Below, piece by piece: positions 13,555-25,557 of a stretch of 64,000 nucleotides of DNA. Both the position numbers and the translations under genes were made by a program. Origin of the DNA: Chrysomallon squamiferum (Eukaryota > Animalia > Mollusca); NCBI GenBank assembly GCA_012295275.1, contig CM022678.1:1922001-1986000 (forward strand), written 5' to 3'. How positions within the stretch are numbered: position 1 is the stretch's first letter; each line of letters starts with the position of its first letter. Below the pieces are notes generated by a model, which was not told where the DNA came from, did no database searches, and worked only from the letters and a program-made list of their open reading frames with translations.

Positions 13555-15650
13555 GTACATAGCTACCTACATACATACACACACAGAAACATGTATAAAT
13601 ACGTACATACCTACCTACCTACATACATACACAGAAACATGTATACATACGTACATACATACCTACCTACAAACACAGAAACATGTATAAATACGTACCT
13701 ACATACATACATACATACAAACACAGAAACATGTATACATACGTACATACAAACACAGAAACATGTATACATACGTACCTACCTACCTACCTACAAACAC
13801 AGAAACATGTATACATACGTACATACAAACACAGAAACATTTATACATACGTACCTACCTACCTACCTACAAACACAGAAACATGTATACATACGTACCT
13901 ACATACCTACATACAAACACAGAAACATGAATACATACGTGCATACATACCTGCAAACACAGAAACATGTATACATACGTACCTACATACCTACATACAA
14001 ACACAGAAACATGTATACATACGTACATACATACATATATACAAACACAGAAACATGTATACATACGTACATACATACCTACATACAAACACAGAAACAT
14101 GTATACATACGTACATCCATACATATATACAAACACAGAAACATGTATACATACGTACATACATACATATATACAAACACAGAAACATGTACACATACGT
14201 TCATACCTACCTACATACAAAACAGAAACATATATACATACGTACATACATACATACATACATACACAGAAACGTATACATACGTACCTACATACATACA
14301 TACAAACACAGAAACATGTATACATACGTTCATACAAACACAGAAACATATATACATACGTACATACATACCTACATACAAACACAGAAACATGTATACA
14401 TACGTACCTACCTACCTGCATACAAACACAGAAACATGTATACATACGTACCTACCTACATACATACATACACAGAAACATGTATACATACGTACATACC
14501 TACCTACATACAAACACAGAAATATGTATACATACGTACATACCTATATATATATACATACAAACACAGAAACATGTATACATACGTACCTACCTACATA
14601 CATACAAACACAGAAACATGTATACAAACGTACCTACCTACATACATACAAAGACAGAAACATGTATACATACGTACATACATACCTACATACAAACACA
14701 GAAACATTTATACATACGTACCTACCTACCTACCTACAAACACAGAAACATGTATACATACGTACCTACATACCTACATACAAACACAGAAACATGAATA
14801 CATACGTGCATACATACCTGCAAACACAGAAACATGTATACATACGTACCTACATACCTACATACAAACACAGAAACATGTATACATACGTACATACATA
14901 CATATATACAAACACAGAAACGTATACATACGTACATACATACCTACATACAAACACAGAAACATGTATACATACGTACATCCATACATATATACAAACA
15001 CAGAAACATGTATACATACGTACATACATACATATATACAAACACAGAAACATGTACACATACGTTCATACCTACCTACATACAAAACAGAAACATATAT
15101 ACATACGTACATACATACATACATACATACATACACAGAAACGTATACATACGTACCTACATACATACATACAAACACAGAAACATGTATACATACGTTC
15201 ATACAAACACAGAAACATATATACATACGTACATACATACCTACATACAAACACAGAAACATGTATACATACGTACCTACCTACCTACATACAAACACAG
15301 AAACATGTATACATACGTACCTACCTACATACATACATACACAGAAACATGTATACATACGTACATACCTACCTACATACAAACATAGAAATATGTATAC
15401 ATACGTACATACCTATATATATATACATACAAACACAGAAACATGTATACATACGTACCTACCTACATACATACAAACACAGAAACATGTATACAAACGT
15501 ACCTACCTACATACATACAAACACAGAAACATGTATACATACGTACATACATACCTACATACAAACACACAAACATGTATACATACGTACCTACCTACCT
15601 ACATACAAACACAGAAACATGTATACATACGTACATACGTACCCACATTC
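13555..15650 (+). repeat. ~2.1-kb minisatellite (acaaacacagaaacatgtatacatacgtac plus variable atac/ctac; unit about 32-48 bp)
   Basis: Directly visible tandem array in the D1-D2 intron of paralogue 3. It explains the 881-aa and 671-aa HTY-rich ORFs. Confidence 0.95.
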
Positions 15651-16360
15651 ATACAAATGCATACCTTCATTCATACATACATACACATACACTCATAGGC
15701 ATACAATTATTCTTACTATGGTAGGTAAGGGGAATTGTCTCGTGGCAGGGGGGGAATATCTACGGGGGAATTCACCACGGGGAAAATTGTCTGGGAAAAA
15801 TATCAAGGAGGAAAAACACACAAATATAAAAGTAAACGTGTAGTTATTTAATCCTGATTTCAGACAAAGTCGACTGCTGTGTGTTGTCTGTATCTGAGGG
15901 TGGGGATTTTCTGACGGTGGTTGAGGGAAAGAGATATGACGGTTTTACCTGCAAAGTTGGAGGGGCGAGTCCAGAACCTGAAACAAAACTGAAAATGAAC
16001 GAGACAGATCTGAGAGTTACAACTCGAAAATTCGTGACAAGTTCTGAAACTGGTTTAACTCTTTGTAGTCCTCTCAAATATGAAATGTACTCACCAAAAA
16101 CTGAGGTTTCCTTCGCCTACATTCCTGAGAGAAGTCATCACAATAAGGAGATTTACTGTTCAGCCAGAAACAGTGAAATGAGAACTGGCGAAGTGAAATC
16201 TAACAGAATACGTCTAGTTGTTCACTGTGAGTCTAGTTAATTATATATTGTAGCACAAACACACTTACAAACACATGTATGCATAATTACTGACATATAA
16301 AGAGGTCGATGTGATTGTTATACTGTACATGCTCCAGCTGATCAAGACAATCACAAGTTT

Positions 16361-17095
16361 AACTGTAGATACTCTAGTCACTAAATATAATCACTAGTTT
16401 AACTGTAGATGGTACAATCACTAAAGAAAATAAATATTTAACTGTAGATGGTCCAGTCACTAAAGATAATCACTATTTTAACTGTAGATGGTCCAGTCAC
16501 TAAAGATAATCACTATTTTAACTGTAGATGGTCCAGTCACTTAAGATAATCACTATTTTAACTGTAGATGGTCCAGTCACTAAAGATAATCACTATTTTA
16601 ACTGTAGATTGTCAAGTCACTTAAGATAATCACTATTTTAACTGTAGATGGTCCAGTCACTAAAGATAATCACTATTTTAAGTGTAGATTGTCAAGTCAC
16701 TTAAGATAATCACTATTTTAACTGTAGATGGTCCAGTCACTAAAGATAATCACTATTTTAACTGTAGATGGTCCAGTCACTAAAGATAATCACTATTTTA
16801 ACTGTAGATGGTCCAGTTACTAAAGATAATCACTATTTTAACTGTAGATTGTCAAATCACTAAAGATAATCACTATTTTAACTGTAGATGGTCCAGTCAC
16901 TAAAGATAATCACTATTTTAACTAGATGGTCAAGTCACTAAAGATAATCACTGTTTTAACTGTAGATGGTCCAGTCACTAAAGAGTATCACTATTTTAAC
17001 TGTAGATGGACCAGTCACTAAAGATAATCACTATTTTAACTGTAGATGGTCCAGTCACTAAAGATAATCACTATTTTAACTGTAGATGGTCCAGT
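16361..17095 (+). repeat. Homogeneous 40-bp minisatellite whose unit contains the D3 3' splice site
   Basis: About 18 copies of actgtagatggtccagtcactaaagataatcactatttta. The last copy runs into the D3 exon. Related shorter arrays lie at 9355-9690 and 20230-20530 (minus strand) and at 17301-17445. Confidence 0.95.
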
Positions 17096-17457
17096 TGATA
17101 AAGAGACATTTCTGAAGCCTGATAAAACAACTCACACTCTTACCGAGTTTGGATCTTTACGTGTTTCCTGTGTAGCTGACTGCAGACCCGGATGTACGTA
17201 CACGTGGTCGTTCTTGGACCGCGTCATTGCTACCGGAGAGAACTTGAGTCTTTTTGACGTCACACAACAACAATCAGGATACTGCAAGGATATCAGGATA
17301 ACTATAGATGGCCCAGTCAGCAAAGAAAAGAAAATCACTATTCTAACTGCAGATGGTTTAGTGACTAAAGATAATCACTGTTTTAGCTGTAGTTTGTTCA
17401 GTCACTAAAGATAATCACTATTTTAACTGTAGATGGTCCAGTTGATGATTAGACATC

Positions 17458-17526
<69 letters not shown>

Positions 17527-17666
17527 CTATATAAAAACGCAGAGTTCTATCTTCTACTAGGTTCAGAACGCTGTTTCATATACTTTAAATTAGTTTTGAA
17601 TAAATTAAACAAATAAAATCAGTGAAAATAAACAGAAGTCAAAATAATAAACTTCTATATAAAAAC

Positions 17667-17716
<50 letters not shown>

Positions 17717-17874
17717 GATGATAATTATAAAATTAGTTATATTTAAATGGTCCGTTTTCATTTATTGCCATCGCCGGAAGTTGATATCTACCTGACATGG
17801 CTCATGGAGCTGTGCGTATTTTAACATCACGGGAGATAACTCTATTTCGCTATTTGGTTGTGTGTACAGCCAGG

Positions 17875-17915
<41 letters not shown>

Positions 17916-18022
17916 CAGGGAAATCCCAAAATTCAGAAGATGAAACGTAAGTTTTTCTTTATTTTATTTTATTCATTTTCTTATTTTTTGGTTTATTTAT
18001 TTATTTATTTATTTAATATTAA

Positions 18023-18055
<33 letters not shown>

Positions 18056-18472
18056 GTTGTGTTTGTTGTTGTAGTTGTTGTTGTTGTCGTCGTTATTGTT
18101 ATTGTAAAATATGATAGTTTTGATGAATGATTATGTTATAACGGAGAACAAAACACAAATAGATTGAAATCAGTTGGTTCTTTGCCAAAACACAAATTTT
18201 CAGTGTTTTCTCTAACATCCGGGTGAGGCAGTTCAGTGTACGCGGGAAACATTTTTAAGATATCAGACCATTTAACCCAAACTTTCCTAGCTACTGCAGA
18301 ACAAAGTCTTTATCACAGACTAAATCAGTTTATTAATATGTACAAAATTACAAATCAGTATAAAACTATATATCTCTTTCTAATCTAGCAAACAATTAAC
18401 AATCAAGAGAAATACAAATAAAAAGAAACAAAAAGTAAATGTGGGAACAACAAACAACAGCATCATCTGCAA

Positions 18473-18525
<53 letters not shown>

Positions 18526-18690
18526 CTTTGTTGCTATTATATTAGTTGTAATAGCCGTAGTGGTACAGTTGTTACTAGTATAGTAGTAGTAGATGTGTTG
18601 TTACTACAGCAGTAGTAGCAGTAGTGGTAGTAGTAGTAGTAGTAGTAGTAGTAGTTGTTGTTCTTGTTGTTGTAGTTGAATGTGTTGCTC

Positions 18691-18871
18691 TTATTTCTCA
18701 CGTAGATCTTCATACTGTTCTTCAGGGGCTACATCTGCTGGGTCTAGTTCAAACAAAAGAAATAAAAAAATGACATGGTTGAGAAAAATATTATATATAT
18801 ATATATATACTTATATAATGGAGAAAAAACATACACATTTATTTTTTTTTACTTATTATTATTATTATTAC

Positions 18872-18916
<45 letters not shown>

Positions 18917-18925
18917 TACTACTAC

Positions 18926-18977
<52 letters not shown>

Positions 18978-19177
18978 GTTATTATTTCTGAGAAAAGGAA
19001 AATAATAAATAAATACTCACTGTGACTCGCAAAAGTTGTGTTTACGTATCTAATTGGGGAAAAGAAAAAAAAAACGTTGCAATAATATCACCAACATTAA
19101 AAATATGGATCAGAAGTACGAAACTACAAAAAAATAATTTTATTATTTTTGAAAAACATATTTAAAAAAAATAATAA

Positions 19178-19228
<51 letters not shown>

Positions 19229-19514
19229 ATTTAAAAAATTCACAAACATAAAATAAAAATAGAATAAGGATTAAGATAATTAAAATCAAAATAGACATAA
19301 AAATAAAAGAACAATAAAATCAGGATGAAAAATATTAACTTTCAAACATGATGAAAAATCAGTTTTACATTGAACTGCACGATGCGGACGTCGGAGGAAA
19401 CACCGAAAATTTTCTACTTTATTTTAATCTAATTGTTTTATATTTAGTTATAAGAAAATCAATCTTTTAAAATAATAATAATACTAATACTAATACTACT
19501 ACTACTACTACTAC

Positions 19515-19605
<91 letters not shown>

Positions 19606-19724
19606 ATCAAAACGAAATTTAAAAAAATAAATAATTAAAAATTAAACTTACATGTGATCTTTTGAATTAGGGGATTTCCCTGAAAATAAAATCTCACGGG
19701 GATTTTGCGAATATTTGACCGAAA

Positions 19725-19789
<65 letters not shown>

Positions 19790-22700
19790 CTAACAGTTTT
19801 ACAGTTTATTTCTCATAAAGTAAAATTAAATACTTTTAAGTGTTACACCGATTATAATGAAAAGATAAAATAAAACAAAAATAAATAAATACATAAAAAA
19901 GACACAAACAAACAACCAAATAAATACATAGATAAATAAATATATAACATTTGATTTAAGATAACTCACTGACTACGTTTAGTCTGAAGAATTTCTCCAC
20001 TTCTACTCCAGTTGCTGGATTTCTCGCGGTACACTTGTAGTATCCTGATTGTTGTTGTGTGACGTCAGAAAGACTCAGGCTGTCTCCGGTAGAAATGGCA
20101 CGGTCAGTGAACGACCACGTGTACGTACATCCGGGTCTGCAGTCAGCTACACACGAAACACGCAAAGATCCAAACTCGGTAAGAGTGTGAGTTGTTTTAT
20201 CAGGCTTCAGAGATGTCTCTTCATCAACTGGACCATCTACAGTTAAAATAGTGATTATCTTTAGTGACTGGACCATCTACAGTTAAAATAGTGATTCATG
20301 TCTAATAATTGGTCAAGCTACACTTAAAATAGTGATTTTCTTTAGTGACAGGACCTTTTGCCGTTAAACTAGTTAATCTCATTAGTGACTGATCCCTATA
20401 CAGAAATGTTGTGATTCTCCTTAATGACAGGGCTATCTACACTTCAAGTGGCGATTGTGTTTAGTCACTAGACATCTACATTTAAAATAGTTAATGTATA
20501 TAATGACTGGGCCATCCACAGGTGAAACAGTTACAGCTTCCTCCTTCTATATCACTATAAATAATATTATGTGTGTTTCTGTTAGTTTATAGATACCTAC
20601 ATATAACTAACTAGACTCACAATAAACAACTAGACGTATTCTGTTAGATTTCACTTCTTCGCCAGTTCTCATTTCACTGTTTCTGGCTGAACAGTAAATC
20701 TCCTTGTTGTGATGACTTCTCTCAGGAATGTAGGTGAAGGAAACCTCAGTTTCTGGTGAGTATAGTTTATATTTGAGAGGACTACAAAGAGTTAAACCAG
20801 TTTCAGAACTTGTCACTGAGTTTCGAGTTGTAACTCTTAGATCTGTCTCGTTCATTTTCAGTTTTGTTTCTGGTTCTGGACTCGCCCCTCCAACTTTGTA
20901 GGTAAAACCGTCATATCTCTTTCCCTCCACCACCGTCAGCAAATCCCCACCCTCTGATACAGACAACACACAGCAGTCGACTTTGTCTGAAATCACGATT
21001 AAATAATTACACGTGTGTTTTGCTAAATCTGCATGAATTTACGTTTAACAGTGTGTATTTGTGTGCGTTCGTATGTCTGTAGTGTGTATAGGGTATGAGT
21101 TTGTATGTAAGTATGTACGTACGTATACATGTAATAAATCATTTAGTTTTATCGAAGTTTACCGGGAGAACAACAATAACAATTAATAAAATAAAATAAA
21201 ATAAAATAAATATAAATGTTTGGTACGAACGTGTTATTGTAAGAGTTACAATACTGCTGTAATAGTTTCGTCTGTCATATGTTCCCCGACAATAGAAAGC
21301 GGCTCCCTTAGTCATCGCAGCTGTTGTCATGACAACTCTGTATTCTTTGAATCGTGATGCGGGTAAACTTGTCCCTGATCCACAGTGTGCGTTTATGAAG
21401 ACTGGAACATTGCGATTATTTGTATACGCAGAACAGCTTGATGAATACTGATTAAACTGAACTATGTAGCTATCATGATCCGCTAGATTTTTCATCATAT
21501 ACACATAAATATACAGGTTGTGATTAGTGGTGTTGATGTTGTCCACGGTGATGTATAAGGTGACTGACTGGCCTCTTTCCACTTTACTCGCTGAAGATGT
21601 CATTTGTACCGAGAAACCTGTGTCAAAATACAAATATCAGTTGATATTTTAAATAAAAAGGAAGTAGAAAAAAAATAAAATAATAATAATCGCGTGACGT
21701 CATAAGTAATAATGGGTGAGGACTAAACAATGTAAGGGTCGGGTGAGGGTAACCCTCCCTAGTAGAGAGACAGAGGTTGTCCATCCCATTGTTAAAACTG
21801 TTCTACCATTACCTTTATAACCAGACGTTCCAGCTCTTTTCTTATAGACCACACAGAAATTGTGTTTTCTAACAGTAAATACAAAGTTTAAAATAATGCA
21901 GTAATTTCTTCATGTTAATGAACCTCCTGAACCACATTTTAACACTAAATTACGTTTTTTTTTAATATAATTAAAAAAAATAATAATAATAAAATCATTT
22001 GTAAGAACACAGACTTTTCTTCCTACGTTCTTTTTAAATATGACGTGAAATCTTTACATCGTTTCTAAAAATTGTTTTTTTCTTTTTCAGTTCCCTCCAC
22101 CCAGTCTGTTCTTGTTCGGCGAATTACCGCGTACTGCACGGTCCAGTGAACACACGTGTGAGGTAAGTAGACTGAAAACTTACTTTGTGAGACAGGAATG
22201 CCTGTGACGTAACAGTCAAACAACAGGTTGCTATGGAAACAACTCGGCCACCCTACATAACCAATCTGAATTACTTCCTGTTTTACGATTTACAGCGAAA
22301 TTATATTGGTATATATGCGTAGGTGTATAAGTGTGTGCTTGCGTGTATGTGTGTGGTTGTGTGTGTGGATGTGTGTGTGTATGGGTGTGTGTGTGTGAAA
22401 CTGATCGAAGTAAATATAGTTACGTCTCAAAAGGCTCTATATTTTGGTTAATGCCCCAAAATATGGAGATGTATTTACTCATTGAATCTTGTCAATAATA
22501 AAGTGATTGCCCTGAATATCTATTTAAAATAATGAGAAACGTGTTTGCACAAATGCTGCACATACAGACATACATATCTTTGAGAATATGTATTATTTAG
22601 GTATATACTGTAACATACAATAATACTACAGATATGGCATAGAAAATCATATATCACAAACTTTAATATATAAAATAAACCAACACAAGAGTGACAGAAA

Positions 22701-23001
22701 CACATTTATAGAACAAACTTATGTAAGTATAAACAAGCATACAACATAAATATACGTGTGTATGTGTACGTGCGCATGTTAGTGTGCATTTGTGTACAGA
22801 CAGATTAAAACATAGAAACATTCAGAAGACAAAGACAGTGATATTTGAATCATATAAGAAATGTTAGAAATAGTCTTTATTTTCATATAAATTTTCATTC
22901 TTAAACTATGTCGTTATCTGGTAAATCAAACACTTACCTGAACAGTTAGTAAACATCGCTAAACAAAACAAAAACACGAGTGAAAACTTTCTGAAATCCA
23001 T
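18691..23001 (-). CDS. Ig-receptor paralogue 4 lacking the TM exon (predicted secreted 397-aa form, or incipient pseudogene)
   Basis: Exons 23001-22938 (SP MDFRKFSLVFLFCLAMFTNCSG), 21617-21231, 20986-20621, 20236-19970, 19679-19652, 19049-19021, 18743-18691. Total 1194 nt, open frame. The TM exon is absent. The D2 B-strand Cys is Tyr (FTYKV) and the D1 donor is the weaker gttcgt. Confidence 0.78.
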
Positions 23002-23532
23002 TGACCAAATCTCTGTAATCGTCAGATATTGTAAAATTATTTGCGGGGTGTTTTGATAGTGATCTGTGGTTTGACTGGTATGTCACAGACAGACGTTCTT
23101 GTTTGATTTGGATTTACGTTTTTGTCTCACTAAATAAGTTTTCAGTCTAGTTACCTAATAGGTGTGTTCACTGAACCGTGCAGTGCGCTGTATATCTCTG
23201 CTCAATAAATATAATATTTTTTTTTTTTTTTTTTTTGCAACAGCTATTATTATTATTATCGTCGTCGTCATCGTTATTTTACATTTATTTATTTTTCGAA
23301 ACACGTATAATGTTGAAATATAACAACAACGTAACAACATGAAACCTTGACACTGTTTGTTACATATTTAATCTTCATTGCGTCAAAATGTTCACTAAGC
23401 TTTGACACAGCAGTATCGTGTTCCATCTTCTAAAACCCGACGTCGTCACGCGACAACAGCGCCATTTGAACCAGGAAGATATGACTCTTGTCATTTATAA
23501 TGTTATTATCATTATCATAATCATCATCATCA

Positions 23533-23591
<59 letters not shown>

Positions 23592-24559
23592 TTAATCTTT
23601 CATTAAAAAATCAGAAAAGACAACATTAACAAAGCTGCCAAGATTGAATTACTTAGGTCCTGACTGAGGTGTTGGTAGTTATGTATGAAAAACTATTCTG
23701 ATTATTTTAGTTTTCGGAGCTGAAGTTACTTCCAAACAGAAACACAGACGTGGCCAAGAAAAGTGTTCACCTTTTCAACACAAGACGTTTTCAGTTTCAT
23801 CTCGAGGTTACTGAATAAATTAATAAAATTTATAAGTTTTTCAAATCATTGTTGTGGAACGAAAGAAAGAAAAATAATAAAACTGATATTTATAACTACA
23901 CGAAAAACAAACAATAAAACCACAACAATAAAATAATAAAACTGATATTTATAACTACAAGAAAAACAAACAATAAAACAACAACTATAAAATAATAAAA
24001 TTAAATTAAATTAAATTAAAATTAAATTAATAAATAAAACATACATTTAATAATAATAATAATAATAATAATAAGCACAACGACGACGACGACAACAACA
24101 ACGACAGCAATAATAATATGAATGATGATGATGATGACGATGAACTTGATAACGATAAAAACAGAATAAATTAATCAAATTAAATTAAAAAGCTAAATCA
24201 ATTTGTATGAATAAATTTAATTTCAAACTTGTGAGTAATTAGAATGTCGTACATAATGTTTAATTACTGGAAAACAACAAATATGTTTTAAAATATTCTT
24301 ATCAATAAATGAAAATGGGCTGATGACAATGAACACAGAAAACATGAAAACATCTTATATTAAAAATAGATTTTAATTCTATCACTGAAATAAAATAGTT
24401 TATCGTGTTGTTTGAACACTTTTTAGGAAAAAATACGATTAACTTATTTGTTAATTATTCTTTTGACAGTCTCATTATGACTGAATAAATTTTTTTTAAA
24501 TTAAACAAATAAAATAAGAATGAAAATGGGCTGATTAACATTTAAAGATAACACAGGTA

Positions 24560-24765
24560 AAAATAATAAATTTCTATATAAAACATAACAATAATGAATG
24601 ATGGTGATGATAAAATTAGTTTATTTAAATCGGTCAGTTTTCATTTATTGCCATAGCCGGAAGTTGACTTCTACTGGTCATGGCTCAGAGGGCTGTGCTT
24701 ATTTTTGAACTCACGGGAGATAACTCTATTCTGCTATTTGGGGCACGAGCGCAGCCGGGAAGGCA
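24560..24765 (+). promoter_or_regulatory. Putative proximal promoter of SLC17 gene 1 (ETS ccggaagt, GATA gagataac); diverged copies at about 6520-6725 and 17640-17877
   Basis: GC-richer island 75-280 bp upstream of the ATG. Colinear similarity with two segments inside the Ig cluster (ttttcatttattgccat.gccggaagttga...tcacgggagataactctatt). Confidence 0.5.
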
Positions 24766-24839
24766 AAGTTCAGCACAATTTTCTGTGTATCTTAACTGAA
24801 ACTGAATTAAAAGAAAATGTTTACATGAAACATTAAAAA

Positions 24840-25500
24840 ATGAATTCAGGATCAAAAGATGAAGTCACTGAGCGTCTTCTACCACAACGGGATTCTGCTG
24901 CAGAAAACGAATCGTTTCGTAAGTCCGTATATTACTAATATAGTATATTAATATGATAATTTAAAATATTTTATTTTGTTTTATTTTGTTTGGCAAGCTC
25001 CATGGCAAGCTCCAAATTTCAGTAAATAGATATTATTTTATTTTATTTTATGTTATTTTATTTAGTCGTTTATTATTATTATTATTATTATAATAGTTAA
25101 TACTAATACAAAAACCACCGTTACTGCTGCTACTACTGTATTTTGAATATTACTATTATTAATTTATTGTGTATGTTGTTGTTGCTTCAGACTTAATCTA
25201 TATTAGTTAATATCATTTAGATATCGGGGTTCTGAATGTGTTTAATATTTTCAATGGTACTGTTTCAGAGTTACCTCCCTGCATTTTAAAGCGACATGTT
25301 CTGACTTTGTGGGCATTCCTCGGTTTCTTCAACATCTACTGTCTGCGAGTCAATCTCAGTGTTGCGTTGGTTGCCATGGTGAACAACACCAGCCCAGCTA
25401 ACAGCTCGGAGAACAGAGAATGTTTGGAAGCAAACCAGACAACTTCGTCAAAATCCTCAGTAATATGATTCATGTATAATACTCATATCTTCATCTACAA

Positions 25501-25557
<57 letters not shown>

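Larger units (their letters stand above)
13184..17290 (+). pseudogene. Ig-receptor paralogue 3, probable pseudogene
   Basis: The D1 exon starts at 13184 but shifts frame near 13525: 23 nt lie between the F-strand Cys and SNIVSLATT versus 30 nt in paralogue 2. D2 is intact from 15864. D3 (from 17086) breaks after SGYCK and lacks CTARN...V. No signal-peptide or TM exon was found on the + strand. Confidence 0.8.

Noticed and set aside
15729-15800. Cluster of GGGGAA(A/T)T motifs as kB sites
   Set aside because: Absent from the orthologous intron in the other paralogues and G-run rich; more likely an inserted repeat fragment.
16361-17095. CRISPR-like appearance of the 40-bp array, and of the 36887-37580 and 42375-43175 arrays
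   Set aside because: There are no unique spacers (units abut or are separated by microsatellite), no cas genes, and the context is spliceosomal introns.
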